A stretch of DNA of 64,000 bases from Octopus vulgaris (GCA_951406725.2 OX597815.1:209250001-209314000), one strand, 5' to 3'. Shown: positions 1-12,689, counted from the first letter of the stretch. Notes: a model not told the origin generated them from the sequence alone. Numbers and translations are program-made.

Positions 1-290
1 GGCTGAAGATTTGGGTTACAAAAATTCAACTTGTATGCTAGAAAATATGGTCTTCTTCAAGTGGAAACAAACAGGGTACATAATGCCATAAGCGATAGAG
101 AACATTAATACCATATTAGTTTATAGGTGTTAAATGATACATTGTGGCTAAGTGAGAATGAGGGAGATATAGCCAAAGATTCTTGTGGTGCCATTCCATA
201 ATTCTTACTATGCCAAAAGTTTGTTGTTTTCCACTTGTAAATTAATATGCTATATGTGTGTGTGAGTGAGTGTAATATTATTTATAGATA

Positions 291-307
291 TATTATTATT
301 ATTATTA

Positions 308-361
<54 letters not shown>
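291..361. repeat. (ATT)n microsatellite
   Basis: Near-perfect ATT run. Confidence 0.95.
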
Positions 362-1293
362 GTTAGATATAGATAGTAAACATACAGACATAAGTACATA
401 CAGATAGCAACACCTTCCTGTCAAAATACCACTATCAATTCATAAAATCAATTTACAAGATAAATATAGGAAAAGAGTAAAATTAGCAGAAAAAAAAGTA
501 AATAGGCAATTTCGTTTTTTTTTTCTAACTAGGCAGTTAAAAATAAACAACACGCAAAAAAACAACAAACAAAACAAAATATAATAAAATAAATCAATAA
601 CAGGACATCATAGAGACAATTTCAAGAAAATACAAATAGTTGACAAAATAAATTATATTTTCTTCCTTCTTTTTCTTTTTTTTTTTTTTTTCACCAAATG
701 ATTGTTTACTTGGTGGAATTTCAGCTAATTAAAGTCTCTATCAATAAATACCAAATAAAATAAATAAAATATATACAACTAAAAAAAAAAGTACAGAGGA
801 AAAAAAATAATAATAAATGTATGTACAACTAAGAAGAGCAAGCATATATTTAATACTTTCTATTGACATTGTGCAAAATCAATTTTTGCCGCTTATTATA
901 ATGTGTGTGAATGTGTGTGTATGTGTGTGCATGCGTGTGTGTGTATGTATGTATGTATATATGAGTGTATGTATATAGTTTTGTCGTTTGTTTGTTGGTT
1001 TACCTAGTCTAGTGTGGCATGGATGGGAGTAGAACAGAGGCAAATTTCTTTGTCCAGATGCACTTCCTGCCACCAATCCTTACCTGTTTTCCAATTAAGA
1101 GGTTTGTTTATTATTTTATAGCAGAACAGTCTGAAAACACAGACAATTTATTGGTAGGAAATGTCAACAAACTGCAACAAATTTCAATCTAAAAGCAAAT
1201 TATTTCGTCACTATTTGTCGGAAAGCTGCAGACATTGACACCAACCCAGCATAGTTTTCTAAACATTCACACACGCACACAAACAAACAAACA

Positions 1294-1444
1294 ATGGGCT
1301 TCTTTCAATTTCCCTTTACCAAATATCTCGCAAGTCACTGATTGGCCCAGGGCTATGATAGATGATGCTTAAGTTCCATGCAGTCAGACAGAACCTGAAA
1401 TCACACTGTTGGGAAACAAATTTCTTAATTACGACACATCTGCG
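1294..1444 (-). mobile_element. SINE family A, degenerate 5' half
   Basis: Diverged match to the A head/core seen intact at 21329-21728. Confidence 0.6.
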
Positions 1445-1582
1445 ATTCAACAGCTTCAAAGTCATGGTTAAAATTTTCTTTGTAAAAATTAATTGACGAA
1501 TATCTATCTATCTGTCTGTCTGTCAGTCTATCCATCCATCCATCCATCCATCCAGCCATTCAGCCATCCAGTCATCTATCTA

Positions 1583-2087
1583 TCAGAAATCTTTGAGTAT
1601 AATCCACAGGGGATTTTTAGGGGTTTGTACTTCTGAAAAACCTAAACCTTGTGTATAATACGCACCCCTTCTTTAACTTAAGTCGTGCGTAATTAAGCCA
1701 GAGGCACCTAGTTGAACAACAAACACTACCGCGCATGTGTAATACAATAATGGTGATGTTCTTAACTGTTATATGGGAATGTAAATATGTTTGCAAATTG
1801 TTTTTGTTACGTTATTCTGTGTTCTGAATACTTTTATTTTAATATATGTTGCTTACTGCAAGTTATGGATGATTCTTTTATGATTTCGTTGCTTTCAGGC
1901 TTAGCTTAAGGTATTTTTGCACCCAGCATCACAAAATGCGTCTGAATAAACATTGCCTGACACAAATAGAGACTCGGACATTGCCTAGAAAATATTTTTT
2001 ACTTTTAACCTCATATATAGTATGCACTAGGGATTTTGACCTTTAAATTTTGGGGAAAAAATGCAGGTTATATTCGAGGATTTACGG
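1583..2087. mobile_element. Tc1/mariner-pogo (Tigger-like) non-autonomous element
   Basis: Right end TTATATTCGAGGATTTACGG|TA and degenerate left end TA|TCAGAAATCTTTGAGTATAA form imperfect TIRs with TA flanks. Confidence 0.6.
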
Positions 2088-2105
2088 TATCTATCTAGCT
2101 CTCTC

Positions 2106-2183
<78 letters not shown>

Positions 2184-2446
2184 GACACACATATTTAGAA
2201 GAAGGAAGGAAGGAAGCTATCGTTTAACAAAATAAAAACCAATACCAAATCCATCTGTTTTCTTAATCAATTATTAATATTATATGTGTGCGTGTATATA
2301 TATATATATAGATAGATGCATACATACATACATACATATATACATATACACACACATATATATATATGTATATATATATATATACAACATACAGAGTTGG
2401 ACAAATTAATGGAAACATAGCATCATAATTTGATTATTATTATTAT

Positions 2447-2826
2447 TATTAGTTAGTTACTTTTTTGACTCAAAAAGCAAGGCCATGTAGGGGGACATGG
2501 AATTATGTACAGGGTGGTGTTCATGTAAAGAGTTCAGGCCACTTGTGGTCAAGGGAGACTTTGAACCGAGCGGTCGTCGGCATCTTCACTATCTCGTCCG
2601 GCAGCTTATTCCATGGATCTGCAACCCGGACGGTGAAAGCCCCTCTCCTTCGATTGAGATGAAATCGTTGCAGATAGAGCTTTTCAGAATGACCCCGCAG
2701 CCAACGCTCTGGAGCAGGAGTGAAGAACAGCTCTTTCGAGAGGTTACACTTTCTGCTTATGATGTTGTGAGCAAGAATGAGATCCCCACGGCGGCGGCGT
2801 TTTTATAGAGAATAAAGGTCGAGCGT
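2447..2826 (-). mobile_element. CR1-clade LINE 3' end (ORF2 C-terminus and 3' UTR)
   Basis: Manual minus-strand translation LDLYSL*KRRRRGDLI...LRGHSEKL...RRGAFTVRVADPWNKLPDEIV...FKVSLD matches the CR1 ORF2 C-terminal pattern; (CTAA)n tail. Confidence 0.85.
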
Positions 2827-2878
2827 GTTGTTGTTGCTGCTTCTTCTTCTTCTTCTTCTTCTTCTTCTTCTTCATTGT

Positions 2879-3137
2879 CAACCAAAGCCTTGTAAGTGGA
2901 TTTTGTAGACTGAAATTGAAAGAAGCCAGTCATGTGTGTGTGTGTGTGTTTGGTTGTCCCACTCGGCACCACATGACAGCCAGTGCTGGTGTGTTTACGT
3001 CCCCAGAGCTTAGCAATTCAGCAAAAAGAGACTGATGCAATAAGCACTATGCTTACAAAAAGAATATGCCCTTGGTCAATCTGTTCAACTAGAACACTTC
3101 GAGGTGATGCTCCAGAACGGCCACAGTCAAATGACTG
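2879..3137 (+). mobile_element. SINE family A, 5'-truncated
   Basis: Core, (TG)n and tail ...GGCCACAGTCAAATGACTG. Confidence 0.8.
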
Positions 3138-3864
3138 GTAATGATGATAAACGATGATGAATGTCGAAATCAAATTGTTCTTTATCTGCAACAAGATTTT
3201 CATTCAACCCTGATTCTGTGTGTATAATCACTTCAGCCAAGAAGTCTGTCTACAACTACATCAATTACCTAACACGTCTCCTTTCACCTCATTGCAATTG
3301 GCAGGGTTGTCATTTGAGGGAGATTTAGTTGTTATTACTAGTTGGTCAAGCAATCACTTTTAGTCAATACAAGGTAGTCTCTCAACACACAAATATACAT
3401 TTCTCGTTTCAGTGTCATTTAAACTGTTGTATGTCTACGCTTTAATGTGTAACAACCTCAGCTTTTTCTTTTGTTCCGAAGCTAAAATATACAAAACGTG
3501 ATATAAAATTTTATAATATTTATTATGAAAAAAAACAAAAAAAAAATCCTATAATTCTATAATTCATATAAAGAAAACACTTTAATTTAAATTAAAAAAG
3601 TATTCTTTTTATATATATATTTTTTTAATTCCTTATATTTTAATTTTCAGTAAAACTCTATTGTGAGATTTATGTTCATGTCATATAAATGTATTTGGAA
3701 ATCTCATTTAGCTTTTTTCAAATTCTTTACAGATATCATCATCATCAAAGACACGGTTGTCATCGTTCCCCCATCACGGTCATCGCCGCCATTGTCATTG
3801 TAGTCGGTCATCATTGTTGCTGTCCTCTCGCTATTGTTGCTGCTGTCATCGTAGTCATCGTAGT

Positions 3865-4025
3865 CATCGTCGTCATCATCATCATCATCATCATCATCAC
3901 CATCATCATGATCATGATCAACATCACAACCACCACCACCACCACCACCACCATCACCACCATCATCATCATCATCATCATCATCAACAACATCACCACC
4001 ACCACCATCACCATCATCACCGTCG

Positions 4026-4086
<61 letters not shown>

Positions 4087-4229
4087 TTTGACATGTCTGT
4101 GACAGAAAAACTGGAAACAAACAACACTGTTTGTGAGATGGTGAATCTTGCTTACAACTATTGCACAATATCAAGAGCAACACACACACACACAAATACA
4201 TACACACACAAACACACACATACACACAA

Positions 4230-4261
<32 letters not shown>

Positions 4262-4702
4262 ATACACACAAACACACACATACACAAACACACACACACA
4301 CACACATACACAAACACACACATACACACACACACACATACACACAAGCACACACACACACATACACACACACAAACACACACACACAAATACATACACA
4401 CACAAACACACAAACACACACACTAACACACACATACACACACACATACACACAAACGCACACATACACAAACACACACACACACACACACACACACAAA
4501 TACATACACACACAAACACACACACAAACACACACATACACACACACGCACATACACACACACAAACACACACAAACACACACATACACACACACACACA
4601 CAAATACATACACACACAAGCACACACATACACACAAACACACACATACACACAATCACACACACATACATACACACACATGCACACACTCACACATACA
4701 TG
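3865..4702. repeat. (CAT)/(CAC)n tract followed by compound (CA)n tract
   Basis: Directly visible; source of poly-H/D/I/M and CV-repeat ORFs. Confidence 0.95.
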
Positions 4703-4707
4703 TATAT

Positions 4708-4868
4708 AACAAGCTTCTTTCAGTTTCCGTCTACCAAATCCACTCAAAAGTCTTTAGCTGATCCAAGGCTACAGTAGAAGACACTTGCCCATGGTGCCTT
4801 GCAGTGGAACTGAAACCAGAACCATGTGGTTGGGAAGTGAACTTCTCAACCACACAGCAATGCCTGCA
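4708..4868 (-). mobile_element. SINE family A, 5' half
   Basis: Reverse complement of tRNA-like head and TGGGCAAGTGTCTT core. Confidence 0.8.
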
Positions 4869-5094
4869 ACCTCACATTTATTCTGCATTAAAACCTCTTT
4901 GGTATTTTTAGCAAGGGATTAAAAATACACAAAAATTCTAGATAAAAACCATTTTTTTATTGAGTCTGTTTTGTTGTGATTATTGCTATTGTTTAACCCC
5001 AGGTCAGCCTTCTTTGAGCAAGTCAATAATTAAAAGCATCCTAGCTACGACCAATTCACTGTTTTTCTTTATAAGCATCATGTATTTAATACTA

Positions 5095-5311
5095 TTGAAT
5101 ATTTCCGTTACCAACCCGGCTGAAACCGGCTCCAGCTCTGAGTGCAAATCTCTTGTTTTTATAAGTTTTGAATTAAAATCTTCCACCAAATCTTAGTCAC
5201 AATTTGTGCTCCTAACACAAAGCTTAATGATTACTAAAAATTTTATTGTATTTAAAGTAATTGAAAGAAACACAGAGCATCTCAAAATAAATACAGTAAC
5301 AAAAGGGTTAA
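5095..5311. mobile_element. TTAA-flanked (piggyBac-type) MITE
   Basis: Right end GTAACAAAAGGG|TTAA; degenerate left end TTTCCGTTACC; related to 5419-5665 and 53181-53410. Confidence 0.55.
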
Positions 5312-5418
5312 TACTCTGTTGACCAAAGTGGTATTGAATATCATTGATATAAAGGAAATTTAGCTGCTGTTTTTAGCAGCTCAAATAATTACATTAAAAC
5401 ATGTTCTACATTCCAGCA

Positions 5419-5665
5419 TTAACCGCTTAGATAAGTCCCCCACTCTCCTGAGACTGTCCCTGGTTCTATGACACAAACTTCTCATTTTAAAGTGATGTAA
5501 AATTAAAACATCTCATCAAAATTTCAAGTTAATTTATGTTCTCAACACCAGCTTCGTCATGACCAAGTTATTTTACTGAATTCTTCAATATTTTCAAATT
5601 TTACTGAAACAATATCAGTGTAATTTCAAAAAGAAAAAAGAAAAAAATGGTAACAAAAGAGTTAA
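5419..5665. mobile_element. TTAA-flanked (piggyBac-type) MITE, second copy
   Basis: TTAA|CCGCTT...GGTAACAAAAGAG|TTAA; internal similarity to the neighbouring copy. Confidence 0.55.
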
Positions 5666-5739
5666 AATGCTAGTTCTCTATTCTATCGCATCCTGCTTAC
5701 TTCTGTCTTTACCTAAAACAAATTCAAGTAGACTAAATA

Positions 5740-6045
5740 AAAATATTTTGTTTTTGGATTTGGTTTGCAAGATTCTTTATAGGAGTTCGTGTGTTGAAGC
5801 ATATTCTGTTGTGTCTGGGGAGAGTCATTTTCTTTTTGTGCCTTATTAATTTAACACATTCACCAGTAAAATTTCCACTTTTTTTCTTATTTTTATTTTC
5901 CTAAACTTTTCGTTGCGTCTTGCAATCTTTTCAATAGTATTGAGTCAAGACTATTGAAAATAAAATAAGGAATAAGTGGAAATTTTATCAATGGGTGTGT
6001 TAAATTATAAGGCACAAAAAGAAAATGACTCTCCCCAGACACAAC
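5740..6045. repeat. Foldback dispersed repeat with ~90-bp inverted arms
   Basis: 5808-5898 is the reverse complement of ~5957-6045; related copy at 56737-56870. Confidence 0.8.
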
Positions 6046-6077
6046 TAAATAAAAATGATAATACTAAAGACCCAGTC

Positions 6078-6750
6078 TAAGGTTGTAAGCTGGCAGAATC
6101 ATAAACCTAATACTTAGTGGCATTTTGTCTGTCTTTATGTTCTGAGTTCAAATTCTGCCAAAGTTGGCTTGGCTTTTCATCATTTCAGAGTTGATAAAAA
6201 TCAAGTACCAATTGTGCACTAGGGTCGATGTAATCAATTTCTCCCCTCTCTGAATTTGCTGGCCTTGAACGAAAACTTTAAACCAATGTTAAAGACACAA
6301 TCCAACGTGGTGAGCTGGAAGAATCATTACTGCATCAGGCAAAATGTTTGGTGGTATTTTGTTTGTTTCTACATTCTGAGTTCAAATTCTGCTGATGTCG
6401 ACTTTGCCCTTCGTCCTTTTGAAGTCGATAAAATGATTACCTGTTGTGCACTGGGGGTCAATGCAGTTGATTAGCCCCTTCCCTCGAAATTACTGGCCTT
6501 GTGCCAAAATTTGAAGCCAATATTTCTTCTTATATAAGAGGCAAGGTGTCAGAACCATTAGCAGACCGGACAGAAAACTTGGTAGCATTTTATTTATCTT
6601 TATGTTCTGAGTTCAATTCTGTTCGGATTGACTTTGCTGTTCATCCTTTTAGGGTCAATAAAATAAGTACCTGTGGTGCACTGGTGTCAATGTGATTGAC
6701 TTACCCCACCCCCGAAATTTCCGGCTTTGTGCTTTTAGTAGAAAGGATTA
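6078..6750 (+). mobile_element. Three head-to-tail SINE family B copies (short-tail subfamily)
   Basis: Each has diverged GAGCTGGCAGAA (A-box-like), GAGTTCAAATTC (B-box-like), GCCTTTCATCCTTT core and GGCCTTGTGC tail. Confidence 0.8.
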
Positions 6751-6767
6751 TTATTATTATTATTATT

Positions 6768-7321
6768 GAGTGAGAGAGCAGTGCATGCCATCAAAGTGAC
6801 ACTGGGGTAAAATATACGAAGCCCAATATACCCATCATGACTACCTGTCTGATAAGGGTACACCAGGCACATGCATTACAACCATATGTGCGCGACATGG
6901 TGATCTCATATCAAAGTAAATAGCGCATGACCTTGCAGGTGGGGCCCAGTTAGAATTTTCTTCTTGTCAAGTAGCCCATCCCGCTCAAAAGATCCCTGAA
7001 TAAAGATTGTTTAAGGATGTTGAACAAACCACCAATGTTTCAAAAGATGAATTATCCAAACCTCCAAGAATCCCTCTCAACACATGGCTATGATGCTCCC
7101 CCACTACTTCTGCTCGTGATCAGAGATGCACATATCGTCAGCCTCTAAGGGACATGTTCAACTGGTTAAGGTCAAACAACTGACAAGCAAATCTGTGGTA
7201 TTGAGCAGAATATTTGCTGTTGCCCATCTTTTATACCAAGACAAAACAATGTACATGATAACACTTCCAATCAGTTAAGATCAGAAGCCATGAGAGCCAC
7301 TGCCTAGCATTGCATCAGGGC
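6768..7321. mobile_element. Unclassified ~550-bp dispersed element inserted in (ATT)n
   Basis: ATT repeats on both sides; partial second copy at ~36160-36250. Confidence 0.6.
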
Positions 7322-7367
7322 ATTATTATTATTATCATCAATCATCATCATCATCATTATTATTATT

Positions 7368-7399
<32 letters not shown>

Positions 7400-7485
7400 T
7401 ATTATTGTTATCCTCATCATCATCATCATTGTTATCATCATCATCATCATCATTATTATTGTTATCATCATCTTCATCATCATCT

Positions 7486-7516
<31 letters not shown>

Positions 7517-8005
7517 TATTATTGTTATCATCATCATCATCATCATCATTATTGTTATCATCATCATCATCATCAATCATCATCATCATCATTATTATTA
7601 TTGTTATCATCAACATCATCATCATCATCATTATTGTTATCATCATCATCATCATCATTATTATTATTATTATCATCATCATCATCATCATCATCCTTAT
7701 TATTGTTATCCTCATCCTCATCATCATCATCCTTATTATTGTTATCATCATCATCATCATCATCATTTTTATTATTATTATCAAGGCAGCAAGCTGCTAG
7801 AATTGTTAACATGCTGGACACAATGCTAAGCAGCATTTTATCAATCTTTATGATCTGAGTTCAAATTCCACTATGGTTGACTTTGCCTTTCATCCTGTCA
7901 TGATCAATAAAACAAGTAATCAACTTGCTCTCTTTCATCATCATCACCACCACCACCACCACCACCACCACCACCACCACAACCACCACCACCACCACCA
8001 CCACC

Positions 8006-8039
<34 letters not shown>

Positions 8040-8060
8040 TCATTGTTATTATCATTGTTA
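7322..8060. repeat. (CAT)/(ATT)/(CAC)n tracts with a partial SINE B at ~7783-7930
   Basis: Directly visible. Confidence 0.9.
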
Positions 8061-8064
8061 TTAG

Positions 8065-8365
8065 TGAGGGGGTACATGGCTTAGTGGTTAGGGCGTTGCA
8101 CTTGCGATCACTTGATCATGATTTCAATTACAGAACCCGGTGGTGTGTTGTGTTCTTGAGCCAAAAAAACATTTAATCTCACATTTCTCTGCAATCACTA
8201 TGACACCTGACACATAGTACACTATACACCTGTTCAGACAATGTCGATTTGATGGAGAGAGAGTGGGCTAATGTGTGGCACAAACTCAATAAACAAATAA
8301 TTTGTGGCCTGATCACTATAAGCAAATTATTTGTGCAGGTCGTTCAACAAAAAGCTGAACATTCA
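8065..8365 (+). mobile_element. SINE family D-related element
   Basis: tRNA-like head TGGCTTAGTGGTTAGGGCG...TTGTGTTCTTGAGC shared with 19320 and 43222; different tail. Confidence 0.6.
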
Positions 8366-8367
8366 TA

Positions 8368-8778
8368 TACTCTTTTACTCTTTTACTTGTTTCAGTCATT
8401 TGACTGTGGCCATGCTGGAGCACCGCCTTTAGTCGAGCAAATCGACCCCGGGGACTTATTCTTTGTAAGCCCAGTACTTATTCTATCGGTCTCTTTTGCC
8501 AAACGCTAGGTGACGGGGACGTAAACACGCCAGCATCGGTTGTCAAGCAATGCTAGAGGGACAAACACAGACACACAAACACACACGTGCATATATATAT
8601 ATATACATATATACGACAGGCTTCTTTCAGTTTCCGTCTACCAAATCCACTCACAAGGCAATGGTCAGTCCAGGGCAATAGTTGAAGACAATTGCCCAAG
8701 ATGCCATGCAGTGGGACTGAATCCGGAACCATGTGGTTGGTAAGCAAGCTACTTACAACACAGCCACTCCTGCACCTA
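8368..8778 (-). mobile_element. SINE family A, full length
   Basis: Complete head, core, central microsatellite and (GTAAAAGA)n tail. Confidence 0.9.
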
Positions 8779-8862
8779 TATGTTGACTTCGATGGGAGAG
8801 TCCATCATTATTGTTATAGCAGTGGATTGAGAGAATTGCTGGAGAATCAGTCAAAATACTTA

Positions 8863-9158
8863 CTCCCTTTACTCTCTCTTTTACTTGTTTCAGTCATTTG
8901 ACTGTGGCCATGCTGGAGCACCGTCTTTAGTTGAGCAAATCGACCCCAGGACTTATTCATTGTAACCCTAGTATTTATTCTATGGGGCACTTTTGCTGAA
9001 CCGCTAAGTTACAGGGATGTAAATACACCAGTATCAGTTGTCAAACAATGTTGGGGAACAAACAAACACACACACACACACACACATAAATCCTTAAATC
9101 CTTAAAAATCCTTAAAAATGTTTTAGCCCGAAGGCCGCGGCCATGCTGGGGCACCACC

Positions 9159-9201
<43 letters not shown>

Positions 9202-9366
9202 TATATACGACGGGCTTCTTACAGTTTCCATCTACCAAATCTGCTCACAAGGCTTTGCTTAGCCCAAGGCTATAGAAGAAGATACTTGCCCAAGGTGCCA
9301 CACAGTGGGGTTGAACCCGGAACCATGTGATTCTTTAGCAAGCTACTTACCACACAGCCACTCCTA
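8863..9366 (-). mobile_element. SINE family A with a LINE 3'-end fragment inserted at 9087-9159
   Basis: Full A sequence interrupted within its central microsatellite. Confidence 0.85.
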
Positions 9367-10254
9367 CTTCACAGTATTTGTTTCTGGTTAGGATGAAAAA
9401 GAAAGGGTTATAAGGTGGATATAATTCAAAGACTGCTCCCCAGGCTGTCTTTGTGCACATGGGTGTGCCAACACATTTTTCTCAATCAGTAAATTGATAA
9501 TTGTGATTATTATACAGTTGTCAGTCTCCACATTTGTCTCAAGAAAAAAATTCTGCACAACATACGGTATTTGTGTATACTGACTATAAAAAATCATAAA
9601 GAACATTGATTGACACAACAGTTTCCTTTCCAGACAAATCTTCATCAACTTTTACAAGTACCACTTGAAAAGGAAGCTTATGGTGGAGAGGGAAGTGATG
9701 TCTTCGTGTATGGTTGTTGAAGTATCGGTGGAAAATGTTGAGTTTGTTTTGGCTGGAAGAATCTCTTCACATATTTTATTTGTAATTTTATAGGAGAGAC
9801 GAGACATTTACCCACTTTTGTATTAAAGGGTAATTGGAGATCTGAGCGACATTCTGATTTCCCATCACTAAATGTTCTTGTTCTGAGTCATTTAGAGCGA
9901 ACACTTGTGCACTGAGGGCGCAGCAGCAACCCATCTCTGAATTGATCTCTTATCAGGCAGTAAAGCACCTTTGTAGGTGTTTTGACCCTTTCCACTGTGA
10001 CATAGGAGCTGCTTGCTATCATCCATCTCCCACACAACAAAACAAGCTTTGTTGAATCAGATGTTATTGCCTCTAGGCCAGATGTTTCTACCATCCTCAC
10101 CATTTTTATGTTCATTGTTTCCATGCTAGTATGAGTTAGATGAGACTTCTTAAGGCAGTATTCTATAGCCAGATGCTCTTGCTGACAGTTAATATCACTT
10201 GTTGTCAAGTATACAACTTTATTCCATTGGTCTTTGCATGATGAATTGCCAAGC

Positions 10255-10690
10255 TTTACTCCTTTACTTGTTTTAGTGATTTGACTGCAGCCATGCTGGA
10301 GCACTGCCTTTAGTTGAGGAAATCGACCCCAGGACTTATTCTTTGTAAGCCTAGTACTTATTCTATTGGTCTCTTTTACTGAACCACTAAGTTATGGGAA
10401 CGTAAACATCAAGTGATACATATACATATATACATATACATATATACATATACATATACATATATACATATACATATATACATATACATATATACATATA
10501 CATATATACATATACATATATACATATACATATATACAATGGGCTTCTTTCAGTTTCCATCTACCAAATCCACTCACAAGGCTTTGCACAGCCCGAGGTT
10601 ATAGTAGAAGACACTTGCCCAAGGTGCCACGCAGTGGGACTGAACCTGGGACCATGTGGTTGGTAAGCAAGCCACTTACCACACAGCCTA
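10255..10690 (-). mobile_element. SINE family A with expanded central microsatellite
   Basis: Matches A consensus with an internal deletion. Confidence 0.85.
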
Positions 10691-10924
10691 TGACATCTTT
10701 CTTTTATTAATTTCTTTTTGTATTTTCCCTTGAAAATTTGGATACTTCCTTCTGCACTTATTAGCTTCTCTTTGATACATGATGATAGAATAGTGTCCCT
10801 AGTTGCTGAAATTAGGGGTGAGGTGGCTGCTCACTTGTTTCTTGGACTGTACAAGAGGTGGTTACCCCTTACTATTTCTGCCATTTAAAATGTTAAAAGT
10901 GCTGTTGCTAACTTATTACTATCA

Positions 10925-11336
10925 TCATCATAATCATCATCATCGTTTAACGTCCGCTTTCCATGCTAGCACGGGTTGGACGGTTCAACTGGGGTCAGGG
11001 AAGTCAGAAGGCTGCACCAGGCAAGTCTGATCTGACAGTGTTTCTACAGCTGGATGCCCTTCCTAACGCCAACCACTCTGTGCTTTTTATGTGCCACCGA
11101 CACAGGTGCCAGACGAGGCTGGCGAACGGCCACGCTCGGATGGTGTTTTTTATGTGCCACCGACACAGATGCCAGACGAGGGTGGCAAACGGCCATGCTC
11201 GGATGGTGTTTTTTATGTGCCACCGACACAGGTGCCAGACGAGGCTGGCGAACGGTCACGCTTGGATGGTGTTTTTTATGTGCCACCGACACAGATGCCA
11301 GATGAGGTTTGCGAACGGCCACGCTCGGATGGTGTT
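10925..11336 (-). mobile_element. Retroposon family E (probable RTE-type LINE 3' UTR) with 4 x 63-bp tandem units
   Basis: Tail CATGCTAGCATGGAAAGCGGACGTTAAAC(GAT)n; no tRNA head; units start at 11089, 11152, 11215, 11278. Confidence 0.8.
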
Positions 11337-11629
11337 TTTTTTTTTTCAAAATATTGTTGTACTTGTAGATGGTCATCCTTTGCCAATAAAATACATATGC
11401 TATTTATTTGATCTTCACTTTAGTTTATTAGTATTATTTTTTAGTTTATTTGTCCATCCAAGTTCTTCCATCACCCATTCTGTAACCTCTTCAGTGACAT
11501 TCTGCCTCACATGTCTCCTCTTCTCCTGCCAATTCCATTTCTTTACAACAATCACAAAACTCAAGTAACGATCAATGAAATAGTGCATGTGTTTAATTGG
11601 CAAAAGATTACTATCCCCAAAGCCCTATT

Positions 11630-11852
11630 TGAGAGTGGCCATTGCCAGTACTGCCTGACTGGCTCTTGTGTCGGTGGCACATAAAAAGCACCCACTACAC
11701 TCTCGGAGTGGTTGGCGTTAGGAAGGGCATCCAGCTGTAGTAACTCTGCCAGGTCAGATTGGAGCCTGGTGCAGCCATCTGGTTCGCCAGACTTCAGTCA
11801 AATCGTCCAACCCATGCTAGCATGGAAAGCAGACGTTAAACGATGATGATGA
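11630..11852 (+). mobile_element. Retroposon family E, 5'-truncated
   Basis: One module, GGCGTTAGGAAGGGCATCCAGCTG, and (GAT)n tail. Confidence 0.85.
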
Positions 11853-12340
11853 TTCTGATTTATTTCAATACATGTTTTCACACCAAGAATCTTGCAAAAG
11901 AAATACATAAATGTAATTGTTTAAAATAGTTTTTCTTCTATTAAATTATTCATTAAAATGTTTACTGTTTTCTACTTTTCATCATTTTAATGTGCAGTTT
12001 CTTTTTGCATTATATTTCTCATCTTGTTTGATTTTGTAGTATTTTGCTTTGAGTGGAAGGTTTATCTGTCAGAAATTTTGGTGTGAAATATTGTCAAAAT
12101 ATGTAAGCGAATACAGTAAAGGCTGTAAAAGCAAACTTTATTTTCGTCTTCCTTCAGGCATCAGAACAGGCAGTCCTCAGGTGATTGCAATCCCTTTTGG
12201 CAAATACTCTAAAGAAAATTTCATTTGATAATGCCTAAATTAAAGTCATAGAGGAGAAACCAAGTCTTCACACCCTAAGAGCCAATAAATAGATATAACA
12301 ACAACAACAACAACAACAACAGCAACAGCAGCAGAAATAA

Positions 12341-12570
12341 GTGGAGGCACAATGGTCTAGTGGTTAGGGCAGCGGACTCGCGGTCGTAAGAACGGGTTTC
12401 GATTCCCAGATCGAGCATTGTGAGTGTTTATTGAGCAAAAACATCTCAGCTCCACGAGGCTCCAGCGGGGGAAGGGAGTGGTGAACTCCGCTGTACTCTT
12501 TCACCACAACTTTCTCTCACTCTTTCTTCCTACTTCTGCCACAAAGCAGAGGAACCATGGTGTAACCCCC
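12341..12570 (+). mobile_element. SINE family C (tRNA-derived head)
   Basis: TGGTCTAGTGG A-box and GTTTCGATTCC B-box; body shared with 13166. Confidence 0.75.
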
Positions 12571-12689
12571 CTATGGTGTGGTAAAACTTTCAGACCCTAG
12601 TCTAGATTGTGAATCCTCTGTACCCCCCGGATGGTTCAGCTCTCCACCCATTAAAAGCCACCGTTTATGGAATGAGGATAACAACGTAG

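Noticed and set aside
1-240. Possible exon at the window start
   Set aside because: The minus-strand frames I translated close quickly and no domain is recognisable.
3689-4761. Long ORFs (up to 347 aa) with poly-H/D/I/M and CV/HT repeats, and similar ORFs at 7.3, 17.2, 25, 28, 34 and 55.5 kb
   Set aside because: Translations of stop-free microsatellites, open in several frames on both strands; no coding evidence.
8540-8747. Recurrent small ORFs such as ...RLLSVSVYQIHSQG... and ...EPGTMWLVSKLLTTQP
   Set aside because: Chance frames in SINE A copies, frequently disrupted between copies.
11089-11336. CRISPR-like appearance of the 62-63 bp tandem units (also 40111-40410)
   Set aside because: No unique spacers, no cas genes, eukaryotic retroposon context.
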